Positions 26,919 to 34,738 of a stretch of 43,913 nt of DNA are shown here, piece after piece. This DNA is from Candidatus Daviesbacteria bacterium. Lineage in GTDB: Bacteria; Patescibacteriota; Microgenomatia; Daviesbacterales; UBA10151. The position numbers and the translations under genes were made by a program. How positions within the stretch are numbered: position 1 is the stretch's first letter; every line of letters starts with the position of its first letter. The stretch lies in the NCBI GenBank assembly GCA_016186985.1, contig JACPKO010000038.1, positions 1 to 43,913 on the forward strand. The letters run 5' to 3'. The notes beneath the pieces were generated by a model that saw nothing but the letters and a program-made list of their open reading frames with translations, was not told where the DNA came from and made no database searches.

Positions 26919-28287
26919 AGATTTCAAAAATAAAAAAATACTTATTCTGGGCCTTGGATTAAACGAGGGAGGTGTAGGTTCCGCTAAATTTTTTGCAAAA
27001 AAAGGAGCGGATATTTTGGTCACCGATTTAAAAAATGCTGATTCTTTAAAACCATCTCTTGAAAAATTAAAGGAATTTATAAACGTTAAATATCATTTGG
27101 GCGGTCACAAAAAAGAAGATATTGACTGGGCAGATCTCGTTATTAGAAATCCAGCGTTAAAACCTGATAACCAATTCCTAAAGTATGCAAAAGAAAAAGG
27201 GAAAAAAATTACAACTGACCTGGGAATATTTTTGGAATTTATAAATAGAAACCAAATTATTGGTGTTACCGGAACAAAGGGCAAATCAACAACGGCTTCA
27301 TTAATTTTTGAGGTTATAAAAAAGTTACACCTCGGAGGCCTGCCTGCCGGCAGGCAAGGTGTAACAAGAAAAGCAATCCTTACGGGGAATATCGGTAAAA
27401 GTGTTTTGGATTCAATCGAAGATATCGGTAAGGATACTTTAGTTATTTTAGAAATTTCCTCTTTCCAGCTGGAATCTTTTAATGATAAAAAAGTATCGCC
27501 AAAATATGCAGTTATAACAAACATCTACCAGGACCATTTAAATTACTACACTTCAATGGAGGAATATGTTGCATCTAAAAAATTAATCGCCATAAATCAG
27601 GACGAAAATGATTTCTTATTCGTTAATAAAGATGATAAACAAATAAACAATACTGAATTTTTATCCGGCATAAAATCACAAATTGTTTATTTTTCAAGTG
27701 ATGATTTACCTGCTGGTTTTAAACCGCTTCTTCCGGGCAAATATAATTTATCCAACTTTGCAGCAGCCCTTGCTGTTACAAAAAAATTGGGGGTGGGGGA
27801 AGATGTGACAATTAAAGTTTTTGGGAAGTTCAAGGGTGTGCCTTTCAGGATGGAGCTTGTAAAGGAATGGAACGGTGTAAAAATTTACAACAATACAACA
27901 GCAACCGCACCGGAACCCGCAATTGAATCTTTAAAAACTTTTCCAAATTCCATTTTAATTTGTGGTGGGATGAATAAGGGATTGGATTATGGAAAGTTTG
28001 CGCAAGCAATAGGAAAATATGCAAAAGAGGTTTATTTCCTGGAGGGTGATGCAACAGAAGCTCTCAGCAATCAGCTCTCAGCAATCAGCCAAAAAAAAGT
28101 CAGAGGGAATTATAATAATTTAACAGCTTTACTTGAAGCTGTAAAAAAAAGAGTGCAAAGTGGGGATGTAATTTTATCACCGCAGGTGATTCTCTTCTCT
28201 CCCGGCGCAACTTCCTTTAATTTATTTCAAAACGAATTTGATAGAGGCAGAAAATTTAATGAGGCAGTTGAAAGGGTTTTTGTTTAA
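26911..28287 (+). CDS. murD: UDP-N-acetylmuramoylalanine--D-glutamate ligase
   Basis: Shows GLGLNEGG, VTGTKGKSTT, GNIG, ISSFQL and SPGATSF.. motifs. It overlaps murC by 8 nt. Confidence 0.92.
   Translation: MIKDFKNKKILILGLGLNEGGVGSAKFFAKKGADILVTDLKNADSLKPSLEKLKEFINVKYHLGGHKKEDIDWADLVIRNPALKPDNQFLKYAKEKGKKITTDLGIFLEFINRNQIIGVTGTKGKSTTASLIFEVIKKLHLGGLPAGRQGVTRKAILTGNIGKSVLDSIEDIGKDTLVILEISSFQLESFNDKKVSPKYAVITNIYQDHLNYYTSMEEYVASKKLIAINQDENDFLFVNKDDKQINNTEFLSGIKSQIVYFSSDDLPAGFKPLLPGKYNLSNFAAALAVTKKLGVGEDVTIKVFGKFKGVPFRMELVKEWNGVKIYNNTTATAPEPAIESLKTFPNSILICGGMNKGLDYGKFAQAIGKYAKEVYFLEGDATEALSNQLSAISQKKVRGNYNNLTALLEAVKKRVQSGDVILSPQVILFSPGATSFNLFQNEFDRGRKFNEAVERVFV
27323..27364. repeat. 42-nt compound palindrome inserted in frame in murD
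   Basis: Outer arms are GTTACACC/GGTGTAAC. The inner part is a perfect 16-nt palindrome, TGCCTGCCGGCAGGCA. The insertion encodes LHLGGLPAGRQGVT. Confidence 0.65.
28060..28087. repeat. Perfect tandem duplication of the 14-mer GCTCTCAGCAATCA inside murD, followed by an A8 run
   Basis: Copies lie at 28060-28073 and 28074-28087. The A8 run is at 28091-28098. Confidence 0.85.
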
Positions 28288-29033
28288 TGTATATCAAACT
28301 AAACAATCAGGAAATTTATTATCAAAAGTTGGGGAGTGGCAAAGATCTAATTATGCTTCACGGATGGAAACAGGATGTTTCAACTTTTCACAATGTAGCG
28401 GAAGTTTTAAAAAAACATTTTACCCTTTGGCTGATTGATTTACCGGGCTTTGGAAGAAGTGAAGCCCCAAAAAAAGACTTTACGGTTTCAGATTATGCAG
28501 AAATTATTAAGGATTTTATTCTAGATAAAAAATTAAAATGGCCTAATCTTTTGGGGCATTCTGTTGGCGGAAATATCGCAATAAAGTTTGCATCCGAAAA
28601 CGGGGAATTAATAGATAAACTAATTTTAGAAAGTAGTTCGGGAATCCGTCCAAAGAAAACTTTTTTTAGATTTGTTCTTTATGTTAATGCGAAGGTCTTT
28701 AAGTACTTAGTTCCAAATTTCTTCAATATCAAACTGAAAGTTCGAAGATGGCTTTACTGGAAACTGGAATCCGATTATTTAAATGCGGGATTTTTAAAAA
28801 ATACTCTTACTAACATCTTGGATGAGGACCTTAGCAATGTATTAGGCCGGATAAAAAATAACACGTTTATAATCTGGGGAGAAAATGACGAACAAGTTAA
28901 ATTAAAATACGGAAGGATGATTTATAAGTTAATTCCAAATAGCAGAATAGAAATTCTGGAAAACACCGGACATTTTCCACATACCGGAAATCCAAAAATG
29001 TTTCTTTATTGGGTTATAGATTTTTTAAGTTAA
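28287..29033 (+). CDS. Alpha/beta-fold hydrolase
   Basis: It has the HGW oxyanion region, the nucleophile elbow GHSVGG and a C-terminal GHFPH. Its start overlaps the murD stop (TAATG). Confidence 0.8.
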   Translation: MYIKLNNQEIYYQKLGSGKDLIMLHGWKQDVSTFHNVAEVLKKHFTLWLIDLPGFGRSEAPKKDFTVSDYAEIIKDFILDKKLKWPNLLGHSVGGNIAIKFASENGELIDKLILESSSGIRPKKTFFRFVLYVNAKVFKYLVPNFFNIKLKVRRWLYWKLESDYLNAGFLKNTLTNILDEDLSNVLGRIKNNTFIIWGENDEQVKLKYGRMIYKLIPNSRIEILENTGHFPHTGNPKMFLYWVIDFLS

Positions 29034-29034
29034 T

Positions 29035-30447
29035 ATGTTAAGCAAACTTTTTCCGTTACTTGACTATCTATATATATTCCAGCTTTTGGAATATGATCGC
29101 GGCGATTTTTTAAAATGGTTTTTTAATAATCCCTTAAGAAGAAATTTGCAGAAAAAAAACTCGCTTGAGCTTACTTTAAAAATCCAGTTTTTGGCAACAA
29201 TTACCTCTTTTATTATGCTCACACTTTCAACATTAATTGCTTTAATTCTCTTTAGCGGAAGTTTATTAATTTTAGTTATGGTTTATATTTTTTTTGAGTC
29301 AATTTCACCTTTGTTTATTGTTTTTTCTTCAATCCTGTTTTCGCCGTTTGACTTTTACTTTAAATTTAAAATAACCCAAAGCGCAAAGAGAAAACTCCAG
29401 GGCCTCAAGAATTTAAAAACAGTTGCAATAATCGGTTCGTATGCCAAAACCTCAACCAAAAATATTCTCTATACACTTTTATGGAAAGATTTTTATACTG
29501 TTAAAACCCCCAAAAGTTTTAACACGCCCGTGGCAATCGCCAAAACAATTCTTTCAGATCTTAAGGAAACAACTGAAATTTTTATTGTAGAAATGGATGC
29601 GTATCACCCGGGCGACATCAGAAATCTTTGCAAAATTGCAAACCCAGATATGGCAATTATAACCGCCATTGCCCCGCAGCACTTAGAAAGGTTTGGCAAT
29701 ATTGAAAAACTTGCAAGAACTCAATTTGAGGAAGTGCAGTTTTTAAAAGACGGTCCCTTATTTCTAAATTCAATGGATGAGTTAACTATGCAGACTCATG
29801 GAAAATTTAATGCACAAAAAATTTTCTTCGGGGGAGAAGTTGATAAATTTAGGATTGAGAATGTAAAAAGCAAAGAAGGCGGAGTTGCATTTAAACTGAT
29901 TCTTGATAGAGACAAAATTGACATTGATTTACCGCTTCCGGGGGAACATAACGCTTATAACTTTTTAGCAGCCGCTGCAATCGCTTATAACCTGGGACTT
30001 AGCGCAAAAATAATTGCTTCCCGGGCCCGGTTAATTTTACCTACCGAACACCGTTTGGAAATAAGAAAAACGGGAAAACTTACTATTATCGATAACAGCT
30101 ACAACACTAATCCGAAAGTAGTCATTTCATCCTTAAAACTCCTTAAAGAAACCGGAAAAGATTTAAAAAAAATATTAATAACACCTGGGCTTATAGAGCA
30201 GGGAAAGAACGCTGAAATTGAAAACAAAAAGTTTATTAAAAATGCCGGTAAAGTCGCTGACGAAATAATAATTGTTGGTGAGAGTTTTAAGCTATTTTTG
30301 AAGTCAGGATTAAATGAAGCAAGGTTTCCCAAAAACAAAACCCACTTTGCTCTCTCGACAAAATCAGCGATGGAGATTGCCAGCAAACTCGCGCAAAAGG
30401 ATGCAGTTATTTTAATTGAAAACGATTTGCCGGACCAATATTCCTAA
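29035..30447 (+). CDS. murF: MurF-like Mur ligase with N-terminal transmembrane region
   Basis: Residues from about 50 to 105 form 2-3 TM helices. Then come the P-loop-like IGSYAKTSTK, ITAIAPQHLERFG, GEHNAYNFLAAAAIA and IDNSYNTNP (a MurF-type motif). Confidence 0.7.
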   Translation: MLSKLFPLLDYLYIFQLLEYDRGDFLKWFFNNPLRRNLQKKNSLELTLKIQFLATITSFIMLTLSTLIALILFSGSLLILVMVYIFFESISPLFIVFSSILFSPFDFYFKFKITQSAKRKLQGLKNLKTVAIIGSYAKTSTKNILYTLLWKDFYTVKTPKSFNTPVAIAKTILSDLKETTEIFIVEMDAYHPGDIRNLCKIANPDMAIITAIAPQHLERFGNIEKLARTQFEEVQFLKDGPLFLNSMDELTMQTHGKFNAQKIFFGGEVDKFRIENVKSKEGGVAFKLILDRDKIDIDLPLPGEHNAYNFLAAAAIAYNLGLSAKIIASRARLILPTEHRLEIRKTGKLTIIDNSYNTNPKVVISSLKLLKETGKDLKKILITPGLIEQGKNAEIENKKFIKNAGKVADEIIIVGESFKLFLKSGLNEARFPKNKTHFALSTKSAMEIASKLAQKDAVILIENDLPDQYS

Positions 30448-30452
30448 AACAC

Positions 30453-30480
30453 TTGAATGTTTAAGTAAACAAGTTAAAAT
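30453..30480 (+). promoter_or_regulatory. Putative eno promoter TTGAAT-16-TAAAAT, 9 nt upstream of ATG
   Basis: TTGAAT at 30453-30458, TAAAAT at 30475-30480, ATG at 30490. Confidence 0.4.
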
Positions 30481-30489
30481 AGTAACTTA

Positions 30490-31803
30490 ATGAAGATTAG
30501 TTTAATAAAAGCCAGGCAGATTTTAGATTCCAGAGGAAACCCCACGGTTGAAACAGATGTTACATTGGAAGATGGCTCATTTGGAAGGGCAGCGGTTCCC
30601 TCCGGCGCCTCAACGGGGACACATGAAGCAATTGAACTCCGGGATAACAATCCCAAAATTTATCAGGGCAAATCAGTACAAAAAGCCGTTTATAACGTAA
30701 ATGGCCCGATTGCAAAGGCTTTAATTGGAAAAGCGGCGGAAGACCAGGATGCAATAGACAAAACTTTAATAGACCTTGACGGAACTGAAAATAAATCAAG
30801 ACTTGGTGCAAATGCAATTTTAGCAGTTTCAATCGCCGTATCAAAAGCCGCAGCATTATCCCAAAAGAAACCACTTTATGCATACTTCAATGAACTTGCG
30901 GGAAATCCAAAAATGCAGATGCCTGTTCCTATGATGAATATTATCAATGGAGGAAGGCACGCGGCCGGATCCACGGATATTCAGGAATTCATGATAATCC
31001 CGATTTCTGCCAAAACCTTTTCTGAAGCTTTACGGATGGGGGTTGAAGTGTTTCATACTCTGGAAAAAGTTTTAAAAACAAAAGGGTATGCCACAACTGT
31101 TGGTGACGAGGGAGGTTATTCACTCCCGGTAAAATCCGGTAACAAAGATGCAATGGACCTAATTTTAGAAGCAATCCGGCAAGCAGGATACTTTCCCCGT
31201 AAAGATTTTTTACTGGCTTTGGATGTTGCGGCTTCTGAGCTTTACATAGACCGGGAATATTGGTTAAACACTGAAAGTGAAAGGCTCCAAACCTTACAAA
31301 TGGTTGAATGGCTGCAGGGACTTGCACGGATGTACCCTGTTGTATCTATCGAGGACGGGCTGGACCAAAACGACTGGGAAGGCTGGAAAAAATTAACCAA
31401 GTCAATTGGCGAGACCACTCAAATTGTTGGCGACGATTTATTTGTAACAAATCCCAAATTCCTTAAAAAGGGCGTGGATGAAAAAGCCGCAAATGCAATA
31501 TTGATAAAATTAAACCAGATTGGGACATTGAGTGAAACCATCAAAACAGTAAAAACGGCAAGGGAAGCTAACTTTAAATCCATTATTTCCCACCGGTCAG
31601 GAGAAACAGAAGACACAACAATTGCTCACCTTGCAGTTGGACTTGGAACCGGGCAAATCAAAACAGGATCACTTTGTAGAACTGACCGGATTGCAAAGTA
31701 TAATGAACTTTTAAGGATTGAGGAAGAACTTGGGGACAAAGCGGATTATCCGAAGGAAAGCTCTGCTTATCCGGGGAAAGAAGTATTCAAAAGAAATGGC
31801 TAA
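30490..31803 (+). CDS. eno: Enolase
   Basis: Shows [17 protein letters not shown] and [13 protein letters not shown] motifs over the full length. Confidence 0.97.
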   Translation: MKISLIKARQILDSRGNPTVETDVTLEDGSFGRAAVPSGASTGTHEAIELRDNNPKIYQGKSVQKAVYNVNGPIAKALIGKAAEDQDAIDKTLIDLDGTENKSRLGANAILAVSIAVSKAAALSQKKPLYAYFNELAGNPKMQMPVPMMNIINGGRHAAGSTDIQEFMIIPISAKTFSEALRMGVEVFHTLEKVLKTKGYATTVGDEGGYSLPVKSGNKDAMDLILEAIRQAGYFPRKDFLLALDVAASELYIDREYWLNTESERLQTLQMVEWLQGLARMYPVVSIEDGLDQNDWEGWKKLTKSIGETTQIVGDDLFVTNPKFLKKGVDEKAANAILIKLNQIGTLSETIKTVKTAREANFKSIISHRSGETEDTTIAHLAVGLGTGQIKTGSLCRTDRIAKYNELLRIEEELGDKADYPKESSAYPGKEVFKRNG

Positions 31804-32293
31804 GCTTGTTTTGGTGAGGCACGGCGAATCCAAGTGGAATAAACTAGGCCTCTGGCAAGGCTGGACCGACATTGATTTAACCAAAAAAGGCATCAAACAG
31901 GCAAAAGAAACCGGCAGGCAACTCAAAGATATTCATTTCGACTTCGCATACTCATCACCGCTAATCCGTGCAACTAAAACTTTAAACGAAATTATGAAAG
32001 TATTAGGCCGGAATGACTTAAAAGTTGTAACAGATCATGCAATAACTGAGAAACATTACGGGATTTATGCAGGTAAAAATAAGTGGCAGGTCAAAGAAGA
32101 AATTGGAGAAGAAGAATTCCTAAAATTGAGAAGATCCTGGGACTATCCAACACCTGAAGGCGAGTCAATGAAACAAGTTTACGAAAGGTTAATTCCGTAT
32201 TACAGGAAAGAAATTTTACCTAAACTGAAGCAGGGGAAAAATGTCATTATCTCCTCTCACGGCAATACATTGAAGAAGAAATTGCAAAATTAG
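31796..32293 (+). CDS. gpmA: 2,3-bisphosphoglycerate-dependent phosphoglycerate mutase, truncated by frameshift/deletion after SSHGNTL
   Basis: [10 protein letters not shown] follows the ATG at 31796, which overlaps the eno stop. The reading frame ends prematurely at 32293. Confidence 0.75.
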   Translation: MAKLVLVRHGESKWNKLGLWQGWTDIDLTKKGIKQAKETGRQLKDIHFDFAYSSPLIRATKTLNEIMKVLGRNDLKVVTDHAITEKHYGIYAGKNKWQVKEEIGEEEFLKLRRSWDYPTPEGESMKQVYERLIPYYRKEILPKLKQGKNVIISSHGNTLKKKLQN

Positions 32294-32394
32294 AATTCGG
32301 AATAGGGGAAGCTTACGTTTACGAAATTGATAAAAATGGAAAGGTCGCGGACAAAGAAATCAGGAATAAAAATCCCCTTGCAGGTAAACAGTAA
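32272..32394 (+). pseudogene. gpmA: Displaced C-terminal segment of gpmA in a different frame
   Basis: This frame reads [25 protein letters not shown]...*, matching the ..EEI..L.IPTG.P.VYE.D.. C-terminus of dPGM. Confidence 0.6.
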
Positions 32395-32418
32395 TGTTAC
32401 ACCTCCGAGGTGTAACAT
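32394..32418. terminator. Bidirectional intrinsic terminator hairpin (11-bp stem)
   Basis: The hairpin is ATGTTACACCT-CCG-AGGTGTAACAT, followed by GTTTTACTTTATTTTT. It lies between the convergent gpmA and dsbA-like genes. Confidence 0.7.
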
Positions 32419-32421
32419 GTT

Positions 32422-33057
32422 TTACTTTATTTTTGATTCTATTTCGGCTTTTAAAGCTTCGTAGGAGGTGCTTTTTTTGTAAATCTCACCATTAAAGAAA
32501 AGGGTAGGGGTGGAATTAACACCTAAAGCATTCCCGTCGGACATATCGTTTCTGATTTTTTGTTTAATTGCATCGTTATTTATATCAGAAGCAAACTTTT
32601 CAATATCCATTCCGAATTCTCCCGCATATTTTTTGAAAATTTCTATTACATTGGCTTCATTTTCCCATTCCGGCTGTAAGTCATATAATTTATCATGCAT
32701 TTCCCAAGCTTTACCCTGTAAGTTTGCCGCCTCTACAGCACGGGCTGCAATTTCAGCATTTTTGTGCTGTGACAGCGGGAAATGGCGGAAAACAAAATTA
32801 ACCTGTCCGGGGAAATCGGAAATAGCTTTTTTAATTCCAGGGTAGGCAATAGCACAAGCGGGACACTGGAAGTCCCCAAACTCAACCATCGTCAATTTTG
32901 CTGAATCGGTAGATATTTTCAGGGAGTCTTCTCTTACAAGTCTTGAAGATTCAATAACTACCGGTTTTTCACCCTTGCTTAAGAAAAAGACTGCGCCAAT
33001 AACAAGCGCGACTGTAATAACTGCGATTCCTGTAAGTATTTTTACTTCCTGTGTCAT
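32422..33057 (-). CDS. Membrane-anchored DsbA-like thiol:disulfide oxidoreductase
   Basis: It has an N-terminal TM anchor and the thioredoxin-fold motif FGDFQCPACA. Confidence 0.8.
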   Translation of the reverse strand: MTQEVKILTGIAVITVALVIGAVFFLSKGEKPVVIESSRLVREDSLKISTDSAKLTMVEFGDFQCPACAIAYPGIKKAISDFPGQVNFVFRHFPLSQHKNAEIAARAVEAANLQGKAWEMHDKLYDLQPEWENEANVIEIFKKYAGEFGMDIEKFASDINNDAIKQKIRNDMSDGNALGVNSTPTLFFNGEIYKKSTSYEALKAEIESKIK

Positions 33058-33059
33058 TT

Positions 33060-33485
33060 CTATACTTCTTTACTGGATTTTAAACTTATCCACGCACAAG
33101 CGCTTATTATAGCAAAAGATGTTAAAGATAAAAATGGTATAGTCACAAACCCAAGCCACTGGATAAACTTAGTTGTACAGGAAATACCTGCGGCACAAGG
33201 AGCTGCTGCCTCAGGTATTAAACTGTAATATAAAAGATTGTGGTAAAAAGCAATGACAAAGCCCAAAAGTGAGAGGACTAAAACATAATAAGGCATCAGT
33301 TTATCTTTCTTTAAAATACCTATGGCTAAAATAACAACGAGGGGATACATTGCTATCCTTTGGTACCAGCAAAGAACACAAGGGGGAAATTTAAGTATTT
33401 CACTAAAAAATAAACTGCCGACAGTAGATATAAGGGCTTGAAAAAAAGCGATGTATAGTATGTTTCTTTTTAAAATTTTTAACAT
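33060..33485 (-). CDS. Disulfide bond formation protein B (BdbC/DsbB family)
   Basis: Four TM segments, PPCVLCWYQRIAMYP, and a second Cys pair in PCAAGISC. Confidence 0.8.
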   Translation of the reverse strand: MLKILKRNILYIAFFQALISTVGSLFFSEILKFPPCVLCWYQRIAMYPLVVILAIGILKKDKLMPYYVLVLSLLGFVIAFYHNLLYYSLIPEAAAPCAAGISCTTKFIQWLGFVTIPFLSLTSFAIISACAWISLKSSKEV

Positions 33486-33516
33486 TTATGTATTTTAATG
33501 AACTGGTTGCAAACCC

Positions 33517-34674
33517 TCAAGCTTTAGCTTTTGCCATCATTTCTAAAAGCCCCGACTCAAAAACATAAGTTGTTTTTTTTCTGTCTTCCTTCCGCTCAAG
33601 TGCAAACTCAATTAATTTATCCAAAAGCTCTTTATATGAAAGTCCGGACTTTTCCCAAAGGTAAAATGCCAAAGACCCCGGTGGAGAGTTGACTTCATTG
33701 ATCCAAAATTTCTCAGCTTTGACATCAACAAAAAAGTCTATCCGTACAACTCCGCAACCATTTAATGATTTAAAAACTTTTATTGTTGACTCCTGTATCT
33801 TTTTTGTGAGGGAGGGCGAAATTGGAGCAGGAATTATCCTTGATAAGGTTTCCATTCCGCCTGCTCTTTTATCTTTACCGCCTTTCATATACTTATCCGA
33901 AAATGTTAAAAGTTCCTCAGATTTTACCGGCTGTTCACAAACAGAAGCTTTAACATTTCTGTACCCCATTGCCGAACAATTTACCTCGATTATATCTTTA
34001 CCAAATGATTCTTCGATTATTATCCTTTCGGAATAAGCTGATGCTACTTCAATCGCAAACTGCAGTGAATCCTCGTCAACAGCTTTTCCCGCTCCAATTG
34101 AAGATCCGCCAGTCGCAGGTTTTACAAACATCGGGAATTTAAGTTCTGATTTAATTTTCCTAAGGCAAACCTTTGGAGCTAAAATCCAATCATTCCTTGT
34201 TATCCAGGTATATTTCCCAACCTCTAAACCAATCTCTTTAAACAAAGCCTTTGACATTATTTTATCCATGCAAACTGCAGATGCAGTAACATCAAGCCCA
34301 ACATAAGGGATGCCATAAACTTCAAAAACCCCCTGTATGCAACCGTCTTCGCCGAAAGAACCATGGAATAGGGGAAATGCCACATCAATAGGTTCGAATT
34401 TCTTTAGAAAACCCTGTTTTAAAAAACCTCCTGAAGTCCTGTTAGCCGGGACAATCTGGGTTGAGGAGTATAATAACCCCTGCACATCCTTGTAATTTTT
34501 TATATCAAGGAATTTATGCCCTGTAAAAAAATGCCCTGACTTATCAACGTATACCGGAATCACTTCATATTTGTCTTTGTCTAGATTCACATAAGCCTGA
34601 AGCGCAGAGATTACTGACACCTCATGTTCAACTGACCTCCCTCCAAAAAAAAGCCCGACTTTTATTTTGCTCAT
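33517..34674 (-). CDS. ddl: D-alanine--D-alanine ligase
   Basis: Shows VGLFFGGRSVEHEVS, HGSFGEDG and an ATP-grasp domain ending in NEVNSPPG. I prefer the ATG at 34674, which lies 6 nt downstream of TGGTATAAT. Confidence 0.92.
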   Translation of the reverse strand: MSKIKVGLFFGGRSVEHEVSVISALQAYVNLDKDKYEVIPVYVDKSGHFFTGHKFLDIKNYKDVQGLLYSSTQIVPANRTSGGFLKQGFLKKFEPIDVAFPLFHGSFGEDGCIQGVFEVYGIPYVGLDVTASAVCMDKIMSKALFKEIGLEVGKYTWITRNDWILAPKVCLRKIKSELKFPMFVKPATGGSSIGAGKAVDEDSLQFAIEVASAYSERIIIEESFGKDIIEVNCSAMGYRNVKASVCEQPVKSEELLTFSDKYMKGGKDKRAGGMETLSRIIPAPISPSLTKKIQESTIKVFKSLNGCGVVRIDFFVDVKAEKFWINEVNSPPGSLAFYLWEKSGLSYKELLDKLIEFALERKEDRKKTTYVFESGLLEMMAKAKA

Positions 34675-34680
34675 TACATT

Positions 34681-34689
34681 ATTATACCA
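34681..34689 (-). promoter_or_regulatory. Extended -10 promoter TGGTATAAT, 6 nt upstream of ddl ATG (leaderless)
   Basis: The - strand reads TGGTATAAT, then AATGTA and ATG(34674). Confidence 0.45.
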
Positions 34690-34738
34690 GTTCTTGCTTG
34701 AGTTTTGAGCGTGATTATGGTTAAATGGTTTAGGCAAA

